DNA from: Chlorokybus atmophyticus
Taxonomy: Eukaryota; Plantae; Mesostigma and Chlorokybus algae
Assembly: GCA_009103225.1 (NCBI GenBank)
Contig: RHPI01002069.1
Span: forward strand, 1,408,744 to 1,472,743
Length of the DNA stretch: 64,000 nucleotides
Reading direction: 5' to 3'
How positions within the stretch are numbered: position 1 is the first letter of the stretch; every line of letters starts with the position of its first letter. The translations under genes and the position numbers were made by a program. Shown here piece by piece: positions 25,752 through 44,032 of this stretch. The notes beneath the pieces are model-generated. The model was not told where the DNA came from, searched no databases, and was given only the letters and a program-made list of their open reading frames with translations.

Positions 25752-28700
25752 ATGGCTCGCACCAAGCAGACGTCGCCGTCCGGACAGCCCCGCCGTGGTG
25801 AGCGCTTGAGCATTGCTTTGCGCTTTCGTGTGCATGGCATATTCGGCTGGGCTGTAGGCACCTCGCACCTGGACAGTAGTACTGCCGTGCCATGCAACCA
25901 TGCACTTGCCTGATCTGCTCCTTCTTTTTGAGGATGCTTCGCAAGCATGTTATCAGCACATTATAGATTGGATTCTCACAGTGCAGATGTTGAAAGAATT
26001 CTAAGCATATATCAACCATTGCGCAATTAAGGTTGTGGTTTAAAGTTCTGCTTGTGGACGTTGGCAATCTTTGCGTTGTTCGAAAGTCACAGTGGCAAGC
26101 ATGCACCCTTAGCGCTAGCAGCTGTGGAATTGAAAGTCAGGCTTCTCAGGATAGAGTATGTAGAGAGACATGATTGCTAACTGCCACCGCCATCACATCT
26201 CTCAGCGTCGCTTGCGCCACTTTCCAAGAGCATGTGCAGTCATTCACGTAATGGTGCTTGCAGCTGCTGCGGAGAAAGCGAGCAGCAGCATGCGGCAAGC
26301 AGTCGCAGATAACGAGGACGACGGCAGCGATTTTACACCTGAGTCAGAGGACAATGGTTTGTGCATCGTGTGGTCACCTGTCGATCTGTGGTGAACATTT
26401 CTGGGCGCTTATGGAACAGCAGTTCAAACATAGGTGCTTGCTCCTAGCAGGAAGTGAAGAAGTGTATGAAGAGGAAGCAAGCAGCAGTGGCAGCGAGGAG
26501 GACTGTGTTGAGGAGGAGGAAGAGCAGCCGCCCAGCAAGCGTCAGCGACGCATGAGCACTCCTCGTGGCAAAGCAGTTGCCGTGGTAAGCATGCTGCAAT
26601 GGTTGTGTTTGAATGTTAACATAGTTTTATCGACCTGTCCTCATGCTGTTTTGTTCGGCTGTTATGTATGTAGGTGACACCAGAGAAGGGCATTGTTGAA
26701 GTGAGCAGCGAGGATGAAACGCTGTCCCTTAGAGTGCAGAAAGCCAAGGCAAGGAAGAAAGTTGCCGCCAAGCAATCAACGCCCAAAGGGTAAAAAGGGT
26801 CTTCAGCACCTTCATTATATAGCAAGCCAAGTGTATCTCTATTGTATAGGCAGCCTTTGCTGTGTGGTTGTTGATGCCATGGTTTGAGCTCAACTGTTGA
26901 TAACTCAGGCGTGGTAAAGCCAGAGCCAAAAAGGAAGAGGATCCTTCTACCCAGTGCGCAGATGACAGCGACTCTGAGATTGACCCGGATAAGATAGTCA
27001 AGCGTACAGGACCACAGGAAAAATTGTAAGTTTTTGTAGAAGAAGCAATGCTGTACCTTACGGTGATGAGTACACTTTGCGTGTTGCGCACCTCAAATGC
27101 ATATCATTTCGGTGTTCTTATCATCCAGTTGTTCATATATTATCCTTGCAGGGAGCCGCCATCTGAGCTTCTGTTGCCCTTACTACCTTTCCAGAAGGTA
27201 CTTTGTTGTAACTGCTCTGCCTTTGCTTATACGGATGTGCATTAATGTGTACCCTCTCAAGTGAACTTGTTGGCATTGCCATATGCATTATGGGCAACGA
27301 GATGCGTGTCATGATTTGCCTCAAAGCTCACTCTCATGCTCTCACTTAACCGCAGGAATGGCTGGCCTGGAGCATCAAGCAAGAAACCGGTCCTCTAAAG
27401 GGAGGCATTTTGGCAGACCAGATGGGTACGCTTGAAAGTGACTTGGTTTGCTTCATGCAGTTGTGCTGATTAAGCTAGTTGCGTGCCAGTGCCAACGGGC
27501 TGATGCATGTCATGTTGTACACAGGCATGGGGAAGACAATTCAGGTATAGATATAGTTGTGCAGTGATCCACACTGGTGCTTGGTGGGCTTCACAGCTGC
27601 AATAAGTGTTACGATGATGTGTTTGCTCAGTTCATGCTGCCCCACAGGCCATATCGCTGGTTGTTACAAGCCGAGAGCTTCACAAACAGCAGGGTGTGTT
27701 CTCTTTGCCTGATGCTGCTACTGCAGTAAAATGCGAGGGAGAGGCTGTCAGCGCTGCAACAGAGTATGTGTGTTTTTTTTTGAGCACACATCAGCCAGTC
27801 GACAATGTCGCTGACGTCAGCGGGTGCTGACTGCATGGTGTGCATGCCATTTCTTGCTACTTTGCAGGATTGAGTTGCCGCGTGCAAAGGCAACACTGGT
27901 TGTGTGCCCCCTTGTAGCGGTGATCCAGGTACAACAGACACCTTTCTGTACATGATTCTCGTTGTCTTTGTCGTGTCGTGTGCTGACACAGCATGTTTTT
28001 GCTGCAGTGGCGACAAGAGATTGAGCGCTACACAGCTCCGGGTTCTGTTGCTGTTCTTGTGTACCACGGCCCCAACCGAGCTTTAAATCAAGAGAAGCTA
28101 GACAAGTACGATGTTGTCCTAACAACGTACTCAATTGTGGAGGCAGAGCACCGCAAGAACGTGCTCCCTGATAAGGTATCACACCTGTATCCTTTCGCCA
28201 AGCAATATATTCTTCACTGACATCATGAACCAGGATATCTGACTAGGTGCTTGCTTGCAGCTGGAGTGCAAATACTGTGGCAAGCGGTACCTTCCTGATC
28301 GGTTGCGAGTGCATCTGCGCTTTTTCTGCGGGCCAGATGCGCAGCGCAGTGACAAGTTGTCCAAGACAGACAAGAAGCGGCCCCGTTTTGGAAAGGGTGC
28401 CAAGGTCAAGCAGGACTCAGACGAGGTGCGACACTGTGCTTAACACCAAGTTTGTATCGTCTTTTATATGCTGCTAGCACCACTTGCTCAGGGTGGAATG
28501 TTTGTGCGTAGGACGAGCCCAAAAAGAAGCCAATGGGCAGGGGTGCGGGAAGAGGAAAAGGGAAAGCTGCAAGCAAAGGTCGTGGACGGAGCAAAGTAAA
28601 GCAGGACGATGATGAATGGGAGGGTTCCGATAACGAGGAGGAGGATGAGAAGCCTTCTACATCTGGCCGGGGAAGGGGCAGACCATCCGCTCGAGGCAGG

Positions 28701-31182
28701 GTAAGTGCTCGGTCATCACTGAGTGCCTGCGCCAAGCCAATTTTTGCCTGAGTGTTGTTAACCCTGGCAGCAAGGATAGGGAATGCAGCTAAGCTGCGGG
28801 TTGTGTTTGGCCGCTTTCAGGAGCCAGACTGGGTGGCTGAAGCACTGCAACAGGTTGATGCCCAACAACAGTGTGACACGCGGTCCCTGTCCAATTCTGC
28901 ACTGCATGGTGTTCACTGGACGCGCATCATTCTTGATGAGGTGCACTTTGCGACTTTGAAGGACTGTTGCAGTTCAGTTGTGCAATCATGCATGCATGCT
29001 AACAGACTGGATATGAACCTTGTGCTCAGGCGCACTCCATCAAGGACAGGCGTTGCAGCACAGCAAAGGCGGTGTTTGCGCTGCGGTCTAACTACAAGTG
29101 GGCTTTGAGTGGGACGCCGCTGCAGAACAGAGTCGGCGAGCTGTACTCGCTGATCCGTTACCTGCGGATAGATCCGTATTCATACTACTTCTGCAAGAAG
29201 TGCCCATGCAAGGCTTTGGACTACTCTTTCGGCAAGGATTGGCGCAAATGTGACCACTGTGGACACTCGCCTCTGCACCACTTCTGCTGGTGGAACAAGG
29301 TACGCTCACGTCAATGCAGCTATGTTGTGCATGAATGCTGACAAGATGCGTGAAAACTTGATGTGACAAGATTGTGGGTTGCAGCACATCGCCAATCCAA
29401 TCAAGAAGTGGGGTTATGTTGAGGGTGGAAAGACCGCCATGTTGACATTGAAGTACAAGGTTTTAGATCGCACCCTTCTCAGGCGGACAAAGGAGGAGTG
29501 CGCTGAAGACCTTGCCCTTCCACCGAGGACGGTAAGTAGATGCGTTACGAAGCATAGTCTCTGGCATCATATGCTGCTCATAATTGGTTGCCATTATTGT
29601 TGATTTGGGAGGTTTAGGGTTAACTCGCTCAGCCTGTGGCTTTACGGTTGTAGGCTGTCCTGCGCCGGGACACTTTTGATGAGAGGGAAGAGGACTTCTA
29701 CCAAGCCTTGTACACGCAGTCCCAGTCGCAGTTCAACACCTACGTCAACGCCGGCACTGTCGTCAACAACTATGCGCACATCTTTGACCTCTTGATCCGG
29801 CTCCGCCAGGTGCCTTCTTCTGGACCAATTCGTAACAGTTTCATGCACACAGTACGTGCGACCGACCTTGCAGCTTACTGTGTTGCAGGCTGTCAACCAT
29901 CCCTACTTGGTCATCTACTCTGCAACTGGCAAGTCGCCTACTGACTCGAGCGTTGACAACTATACAGATGTTGCAACTGAGACTCCCGACAGTTGCGGCC
30001 TTTGCCATGATGCACTCGAGGACCCAGTGGTAAGTGCTGCTCTGCCTGCCAGCTGAGCATACACAGTGGTGCCGGAAGCGTGTTGTGTTTCTCATTGCAT
30101 ATGTGTGTCAGGTCACTGCATGCAAGCACAGCTTCTGCCGTGCATGCATTCTGGAGTACGCTGCAGCTGCAGGGTCCGGCGCTGCTGCCAAGTGTCCGTC
30201 CTGCAGCAAGTCCCTCACGGTGGACCTCAATGGCAACGCAGCACCCGCACCAAAAGAGGCTTCTTCCGGCCGCTACCGGAAGTCCATCCTCAGCCGTGTC
30301 GGTGACCTCTCACGCTTCCAAAGCAGCACCAAGATTGAGGCATTGGTAAGTGCCTCATGAGCAGCTTGGTATACATTCCAAGTCAGTTGTAGTCATGCTA
30401 ACTGTACCACCTGCATGCAGCGAGAGGAAATTGTGCGCATGCGTGAGCGTGACGTAGCAGCCAAGGCCATTGTGTTCAGCCAGTTCACTTCCATGTTGGA
30501 GCTAATCCAGTATCGCCTAGAGAAGGTACTGGCTGGTTCTCCCCGCCTTGCAGGCAGCGGTAATTCCCATGCGCATGAAGGCGCTTATACTCGCTTGTTG
30601 ACGTACTATAGTGCGGCATCAAGTGCGTCAAGCTGGACGGGAGCATGACCATGGAAGCTCGTGACAAGATGATTAACGCATTCACACATGACCCCTCAGT
30701 GACCATTTTCTTGATGAGTCTCAAGGCTGGTGGCGTCGCTCTCAACTTGACAGTGGCTTCTCAGGTACAAACCCCTTGCGTATGCGTGGTTACCCATATT
30801 GTTTGCTCGTCATTTGTGTGATGCATTCTCAGCTTCGTCATCTGCAGGTGTTTCTCATGGACCCTTGGTGGAATCCAGCTGTTGAGCAGCAAGCACAGGA
30901 TCGCATCCATCGGCTTGGCCAGTACAAGCCGATTGTTGCAACCCGCTTTGTCATCAGCAACACCATTGAGGAGCGCATCCTCCGTCTTCAGGTGCATTCT
31001 GGCATTGGATTGCCGAGTTGTTGGTCAAAATGTGCCCAGCTTTAGTGTCTACGCGCACTTGCTAACATGTTGGGTGTGAACAGGACAAGAAGCAGTTGGT
31101 GTTTGATGGAACGGTTGGTGGTTCTTCTGAGGCCCTTGGAAGATTGACAGAGGCCGATTTGCGGTTCCTTTTCTCCAATTAG
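25752..31182 (+). CDS. RAD16: RAD16-like SNF2 ATPase with embedded RING finger (plant-type); predicted N-terminus [18 protein letters not shown]
   Basis: [87 protein letters not shown]...CKHSFCRAC...[31 protein letters not shown] (TAG 31180-31182). The 5' exons splice in consistent phase from ATG 25752. Confidence 0.92.
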
Positions 31183-32709
31183 GTTGCTGGCGTCGCTCTA
31201 GCACGTTGTCATCTCGACAACGATTGCCTGTTTATGTTGTACATCACGGCTGTCAATCTGGCGCAGTGGATGCGCTGGTACATGACGTGCCACAACAGTA
31301 GCAGCTTTGACGCATGTTAATGGTGCGACGATTCATAGTTTGCTCAGGATCTTTTGTACACTGTCATACCACTTGCTGTGTCAGTGCAACGCAGGCAAGC
31401 AGCACGTACGGTACTAATGGCAGCCCCGAGGTGCGTGGCAACTCTTGCCCTGCAACCGACTTATATAAGAGACAAAGGAGACCTTTTAACACGTGTTGAG
31501 ATGTATTTGCGCAAAATGTACAATGCGCCCTGTGTTCATAACCACTGATGCATGTACCATGGATTGCTGCCCGAAAACATAGCCGGGGACTTCCATGCGA
31601 CGCAGGTTGTGTCACAAACAACGTTGTCTTTGCCCAACGCGTGCGACATGGATCCTGTCGGTTCGGTTGACAACTTTACACTTACTGTAAGACGCTTATT
31701 CAGCCGGAACGCCCCAGCAGCGATCGTGGGGTAAAACATTAACTCAGCAATGCCGTCGGTTTTGAGATGCGTGTCGACGACGACGACTGCGCTTGTCGCT
31801 GTCGACGGGTAGCGACACGCTTACGTTTGTCGATGTCAATGTATGTTGGCGTAATGCCGGCCGTCGATGGCGACGAGGAATGATAGTCGTTGACCGCCAA
31901 CGTTCACATGGCCGATGTGCATCGTCGACGTTGACAGGGTTGTCGCTGCGTTCTGGGAAGGGCCGACGACGGACTTTCCCGCCCTACGTCTGCCGCCTGA
32001 GTGGCGGGTTGTACCCGACGCTGCAATTGATTGATTAATTTTGCAGAATGGAAGCCGCGCGTCGACGTTGACAAGCACGTGCACAACCTAGCGGCCACAA
32101 CCTACCAACCGCCACTGTGCTGGTTGAACGTTGATGAGCCTCGAAAGGTCATGGCTGCATTCGATCCTCTTACAGTACATGTTGCCAGCCTTCCGTGTCG
32201 CCTGGCGCGCAAAGTGACGAAAGCGGCAGAGGAATATTACGCCACCCGGTGCGGCACAATCCCCCCCCCCCATGTCGGCTGGCGCAGCAGGCATGTACGT
32301 AGCTGAGGCTCACGGCTACAGACGGTAGCCTACAGTAGTGCGCTGAGGTGGTGCGCATATAATTTCATAATGCGGCGGCGGGGCATGCAACGGAGGCATC
32401 TCTTTGAAGCATCTCTCATCTCGCCCTCCTCTTTTCACACCCGCGACGCGGGTGTATAAATGGGCAAGCTTGCATGCATGCAACAGGCCAGAAGTCAGTC
32501 GCAGCCGCGGGTGCAAGCCGCTGTCTCGGGGTACGTACGATTTGGCTGTTGCGAGCCGCCTGCCTCTGCGGTTGTGTGCCTGCTCGTTGAGATGATGCTG
32601 CTGAGGCTGGCTGTGCACCTAGTTGTGCTCTTGCATGCATGCATGCATGTGCATGCATGCGTGGTCTGACCGGACGTGTGTTCGACCAGTCCTCTTCTTG
32701 TCTGTCACC

Positions 32710-33556
32710 ATGGCTTTCTCCAAGGTGCTCATCGCCGTCGTTGCCCTCCTGGCCGTCTCCTCCGCCGTTGAGGCCCAGGTGACGTGGCATGCAGCGCATG
32801 GCATTGCAGCACTGCAGTGTGCTTGTGTGTTTGGGAGGGGGACTGACTTGATTGTGGTTGTGAGCAGACCATCATCGCCACCTACAACATTGCCAAGACC
32901 GTGTACAACAAGGTCGCCAACGTCCCGGACCCCAAGGGCCAGGAGCTGCACAAGACCGTGTACTACCCCCCCGTGAAGGCGGTGTACACCAAGCTGACCA
33001 CCAACGGCCCCATCCCCAGCGGCTACGACCGCCCCACCCAGAACCGCGGCGAGGCCCACGTCACTGTCCTGCGCGACGTGGAGTTCGCACGCATCTCCCA
33101 GTACGTCTCCTTCAAGGACATCGTCACCCTCGGCAACAACAACAACATCCAGGGCGTCGCCTTCACCCTCGACTGCCTGGGCGGCGCGTGCCGCGTTGTC
33201 TCAGGCGTCAGGACATGCGCCTACTTCATCGTCCTCAAGACACCCAACACCGCACTCATCAACATCCGCAAGAAGGTCAGCAGCATGCATGGGCTGTATG
33301 TGTGTGTATGTGTGTGTGTGTCTGTGTGTGTGTGCGTGTCTGCAAATATGCCCAGAATGCACTGTCTGACACTGCTCTGATGTGTTTACAGATCCAGAGC
33401 CTTGTCGTGAGCCGCGGTGGCAGCGCCGCCCTGTTCAACCCCACCACCTACTACCCCCACGTCACCGTTGGCTTCACCGTCCAGAACCTCAACCCCGAGC
33501 AGGGTGTCATCAAGACCCGCGCCAAGACCTGCTTCGCCGAGCTCAACTTCGTTTGA
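32710..33556 (+). CDS. Secreted or luminal 2H-phosphoesterase-superfamily protein, 213 aa, 3 exons (32710-32778, 32868-33275, 33392-33556)
   Basis: Signal peptide MAFSKVLIAVVALLAVSSAVEA. Two H-x-T motifs: EAHVTVL (33057) and YYPHVTVGF (33458). Strongly C-ending codon usage. Canonical GT-AG introns, both phase 0. Confidence 0.8.
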
Positions 33557-34547
33557 GCCGGATGTCCAGGCAGCTGTGTCTGCGAGCTTATGACAAAAGG
33601 ATCCGATTCGATGAGTTACTCCCCTTTCCCCCACCTCATCAGTTGATGGACAGTCCAATTGCATCTCCGTAGTTGTCTTGACATTTCTGACATTTTTGCC
33701 TTGACATTTTTGGATACTTGTACGTGGACTGGGTCAATTCTTCTTTGAGAACACCTTGTATGCTGCTTTCTCTCTGCGTGTCGTGATCTTGTCTGGTGAT
33801 TGTCAAGCTTGGTATGCTTGGTGTTGGTGAGTGAAACATACGGCTGAAAGTGAACAGATCTCTGTACATGTGTGCACATCAGTATCGTATATATAAATCT
33901 CTGCACAGTACACAAAACCTTCATGGCTAGCGTGCACCCACGCACCACTCGCAGCCAAAGCTGCAAGGGACGGGGCTTGAAGAGGCATGAAGCTATGCGC
34001 ACTTTTCATACTCTCAAAGACTGTAGCAAGACGTATTGCAGCATTCAACACTGTTCAAGCACCACACACTGGCGCCTTGTGTACAGGTAATGATGCATGC
34101 ATGTTGACTAACGGGGCAAGGGCAATAGCGAAGCTAGCTTATTAGGTTATATAGGCAGCCCGGTGGTGTAACAAGTTGTTGGCTGGCATGTGGGACTGTG
34201 CTTGTGCTTGCGTATGTTAGAAGGCCGTGCAATGGTCAGTCACATGCACACCATTGCATATATTCTACACAACCACTATCATCCCATGCACACATCGACT
34301 ATGTGACTACATAGGCAGCACCGTAAGCGTGCAAAGAAAGTACACCAGCGTCATATTACACGTGCACAACTGCGCCGGGACCTTGGTACACAACAGGAGT
34401 GTACCTTGCAAACAACAAGCTTCATCTACAAACAATATTTGGATTCCGCAGCTCAACCTATATTACAGTGCAATTCTACAAGCCGTTTCAGCAGGTTCAA
34501 CAGTAGACAAGCTGCCAATGACGTCACACAAGTCTGATGGCTTGCCT

Positions 34548-39399
<4,852 letters not shown>

Positions 39400-40799
39400 G
39401 TTGTTATGTCAAAGCAAGCTGTACTGCATGCGAGCATACAGAGTTCAGACTCAGCGTTCCACTTGACCCATTCAGCAGGTCAGTCGGTCACCAACAAGAA
39501 CAAGTAGCTGACGCTTCTGCTCACAAACTAGAGGTAGGACACTTCAACTGTGCAAAGGCAATGCAGGTCATGAGTGCATAGACCGTTGCCATGGAGAAAC
39601 CCAAAAATTCCCCTGTACGGGACGACGCAAAGCCATTATGATTGGTTATGCGTAGTGTGAATGCTATGTGTGTGGGCTAGGTTAGATTCAGCTAGGCGTG
39701 GGCAAGGCGACCACTGCAGGGCGAGCACGACGCATGCAGCCTGCCATTGTGCAATGGACGTTGAGTTGGGAGACAGAGACATTCAGGATGCACGAAAGCA
39801 GTTGGAATTGCCAAGCCACATTTTGCATAAAGCCAACCAAGCCCTGACTGTGGCTTGTCCATGTGTGCCAAGGGAAGGGGGAACCTCCCAACACTGCATG
39901 TGCCTTCCAGCATTGTGTCAATTCTGCACACCACGGCTGCTCGTTCCCAACACACCGCGTTGCTTGCTGCTTTTATGCATTATAATTATATTTACCAAGG
40001 CTACGCTGGTGCTGTCAAACACGCCAAGCAATGCTGGAGTCTTGGTCACTTTTGGTAGAGTGACAGCACATCACGCGCGGCTTCACCTTGCTGGTAAGCG
40101 AGCTGTGCTTGAGCGCGAGGGTTTCAATGCGAGGGAAAGCGGCAGCGCTACGCAGGGGAAGCCCGTCGCTGTTGCACTAGCTTTCCTCTGCCGCCTGCCG
40201 CCACCGCCGCCGCCGCCGGAGCAGGCATCTATATGCATGCCGTTATTGGCTGAAGCAGCTGCTAGCATGCACCCGAGTTTGTTGCGAGTGTCGGGTCCGT
40301 TTCTAGGTGCCCGCCACACCAGCTCAGCACGCAGAAAGCAGATCATTGCTTGATCTGTAATCCACGTGGCATGACCACATCAATGTTGTTCGCGTGCAAC
40401 GCTACTGCGAACAGAAGGTGGAACAAACGAGCCATGCTCTTGGTACACTCGGAACACAACTATACTGCAGGCATTATGTTGAACTCACGTTGTTACACTC
40501 AACAGACCAACTGCCAGCCTGATGTCTGATGCTACTGATTGGCCCTATATATGCGGCCTAGTCTGCTGAGGTTTGATCATGCAACAAGTTTGGATAGACA
40601 TGCACACAAATGTGACCAACTACTTAGACTGCGCGTCTAGAAACAGGTTCACAACTCACAAAACAACATACAATGAATATAAAACATCAATAGCTACCGA
40701 GATAAGCAGCCTACCCATTGGGGACTAGATTGCCGTATCCATATGTGCACTCTAAGCATGCAGTCAACACACATTCACCAGCTTTACATCTAACCCTCC

Positions 40800-43700
40800 C
40801 TAGCACATACTCAGCAATCTAGGCAGAATCAAAGCTGCTCCTGCTAGGCCGGCGATCGCACTGTATCGCAGCATGGCCCTTTGGATGGCACGCTGTCGTA
40901 TGAACGCGGTCTTGCGGTGCTCAGCGTAGTCACACAGGGACGACTGCGGCACCAATATCAATCCCTTGTTGTCCTCGTGCAGGTGGTACCGCAGCTGGAG
41001 GTCCGTCAGCAGCTGCTGCACCGACCACCGCACTGCTATCAATTGCTCCGCGCGAGTCTGGTCCCAACCTGCAACAGCAAAGTGTTAATCTGCTGGTGTT
41101 TTGAGGAGGTTCTCACACCAAATGAAGCACGTATATATTGCGCATACTAGTCTACAATGCACCAACTGCAAAGTATAGGTAACCAGTAATGCTGCATTGC
41201 TCCACGCATGTGTACACACGCAATTGAGCATACTCAGCGTGGAAGCCTCCAGCACCGCACACTGAAGCTGTGCAAGATCACCAAACACACCTATGTCGAT
41301 AGTTAGGCCAGGAGCTTCGACGCGTGTGGTGGGCCTGAGTGCTTGGTCATTTTGCGTGAGCCAGTCAATGCGCTCCAACACCGCTAACCTGCTCTCATCG
41401 CTACTCGTATCATGTAGTTCCAGCAACAGAGCATCACTTGTACCCCCGAGGTCAGTGGCAGCTGTGCTGCTCTGTGCAAGCATGGATGAAGCTACTCGCT
41501 CCATCACATCACCATGCGCCTGAGTTACTTGATTGAGCTCGACGTCACCGGTGGCGCTGTCGGTGCGAGCAGATGCTGCGGTGGTTGCAGGCTCTTGCGT
41601 GCTGCTACTGGCACGCACGTCTTCAAGCACCGCCATCGCCATCGCGGGTGTCAGGTTAAACGCGCGAACTATGGCACGGTGGAGGCCCTGCGCAATGCAG
41701 ACAACACAATGAAACTGCATTGCAGCAAGGCAGCCCGCGTCCCACATGCATGCGAAGCAGAGTAGCTTTGAGCCAAGTCTCAAGCGATGGTGTCCATAGT
41801 CTCAGGCATTAGCGAGACAAGGCGTACCGGGTGGGATGGTATCTGATCCTCCTTCAGGGCTTGCAACAGCTCTTGTGCGTATCTCTGGTCTACGCTTCCC
41901 TCGCAAGCATGAAAGAAGTTGGTATATATACGCGAATCGGGCTTGAAACCTGCAGTAGAAACGCCAGTATGCATCAATTGCATGGCTGGCCATGATGCAG
42001 TCAGGACGATGAAGAAAACAGTGGTAACTGCTTTTCACGCTTATATCCTGGTGGGGCTCACCGTCTTGTCGCATTCTTTCTCGTATGTGCTTGACAGTAT
42101 CAATTCGGCGAGCCATTGCGGCAGCTGCACGTGATCAGAAGGTTAGCACGCGGGCTTGTTTACCGAGCCACTGTCTCATGACAAGCACTGATGCAGCGAG
42201 GCCCTGGGAAATAGGCATACCATGGCTCAGAATCTTGTAGGCATGTAGTGTAGGTTCAAAGCCATCCCTGATCTTCGCAACAAGCAATGCATGCAACTGG
42301 TCAGTGCCTGTGTTCAACATCAAAAAGTGCGCTGAACACATGACCAATCAGGCAACTGATGCTCACCATGTGGTCTGCCACTCTGAATGCGTCATCAACC
42401 ATGCCGAAATGCGCAAATGTATCCATGAAGGAGAAATAGGATCGTGAACTGGGTACAATCCCAGACTGAAGCATCGCGTCAAATAGCTCTCTAGCGCGCT
42501 GCTTGTCCCCGCTTCTCGAGCACACATGCACTAGTGCGCTGCGCGACCAAAAACAGTGAGTTACTCCGTTCAGCGGGTCATACAGAAGGCATCGCTTACG
42601 AGTAGGTAACGCAGTTGGGATAGCAACCCGCAGCAGGCATACTCCTGTCACACAGCACACAAGGCAGCACTGAGTCAAGGTTGCAAACAGCAAACAGGTT
42701 GTAAGGCACAGCAGACAGGTGAACATACTCCTCACCTGTACACCTCAAATGCTATCTGAGCAAACTCATTAGTGAATGCTAGAGCCCTGGCGCACATGCC
42801 GATGACAGCAGTGTGCAACCACATGCTGCGCTGGATCCGGTAGGAACCAACTGGCGGAGCAGACATCGCCTTGTAGCGTTTCAGCAACTCATATGACTGC
42901 AGAATCTCGTCCCTGGTTTTGTTGTACTTGGTCCGTCCTTGCACGTTGCCCGACACTAGTCGCCTAAACTCGCCTAAAGTCTGCCAAGAGGTATGACAGC
43001 AGGCGTCACCACAGTACGACAAGATGAGAACAAGCATGTCACCTCACATGAACAGCTACTCGAACAACAGAATAACATGTTAGCATTGAAAACTACCTGC
43101 AGCAAGGAGCATTGCTCTGGCATCACTCTCAAAACAAACTGTGCGACTCACAGCCAGCATACCTGCTTAAGCTCCCGCAGTTGCTCCGCTGTGAGCAGTG
43201 GACTTGAGTGCACTTCCACGGCTGTTGAAAAGCGGGCGCGATGCGCTGGCGCAGCAAGCATGCACCAAGCAGCGTACGTCGCATTAGATCCCAAAACTCA
43301 AGTAGCTAAAAAGCAAGTACATATATCTTATACGTAGTCATATCAATCTATTACTAATAGACAGTCAACACATCAGCAAACACAATGCACAGGCCTAGGC
43401 GAAGCACTTGGTGTAGAAGGCAAAGCAGGTTGGTCCGCTCAATGGTGAACGGCTTACAACTGTTTGTAGACGTGGAGGCAGGGGGGTTGCGACCAGTGTG
43501 GTTTGTGAGTGGCTCCCTGCCACCGCTTGTGTCTGCAGAAGAAGAACAAGAAGGAGAGTTGTTGTCGGCATCAAATCGTGGCAAACTGTAGGAAGCGTCG
43601 CTGCCTGAGGAGAGCTGCTGTAACCTCCAGATCATCTTGCGCTTCCTATCTGCTACGAGTTGCAGCCTCAATTGCTTACTACTTTCATCTACACCATTTA

Positions 43701-43911
43701 CACCAGCAGCCACGCCACCGCCCTGCTTCAGCTGCCTCTGCAGCGTGTCAATAAACGCCTTGTAGTCCAACGGGGCGGCGGCGGACGAAAGTGAGCTGGT
43801 GCTTGGAGCATCACCAGCACATGCGGCAGGCAGCAACGAGCTCCTCCACCTCTCCCCCTTGCTCCCCTTCGCCGAACCACGCAGCGCCTCCGCCGCCGCT
43901 CGCCTCAGCAT
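40800..43911 (-). CDS. Pentatricopeptide repeat (PPR) protein with organellar presequence, a possible SMR-like C-terminal domain and a terminal hydrophobic helix
   Basis: PPR-like units SALVHVCSRSGDKQRARELFDAMLQSGIVPSSRSYFSFMDTFAHFGMVDDAFRVADHM and GFKPDSRIYTNFFHACEG. Leader MLRRAAAEALRG. Last exon VQQLLTDLQLRYHLHEDNKGLILVP...RYSAIAGLAGAALILPRLLSMC*. Exact exon boundaries are uncertain. Confidence 0.8.
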
Positions 43912-44032
43912 GCTGCCACGTAGGCCACTGCACACGCAAGCCGTTTAACTGCAGTCAAGACCAGGTCGCTGTTTCTCACTAACTGACTGCGGCTAGTTAA
44001 CCGCTCTACCAGGCCACAACGACCAGGCCGAA

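Noticed and set aside
25752-26100. Possible histone H3 or CENH3 gene starting MARTKQT
   Set aside because: No histone-fold sequence follows, and the exon splices in phase into the RAD16 N-terminus.
27390-27430. RAD16 motif I reads LADQMG instead of LADEMG
   Set aside because: The GKT Walker A and DEAH Walker B motifs are intact, so a single substitution is not evidence of inactivity.
31500-32310. GC-rich stretch with GTCGAC motifs and short ORFs
   Set aside because: No recognisable domain, repeat unit or terminal structure; possibly a decayed gene or TE but unsupported.
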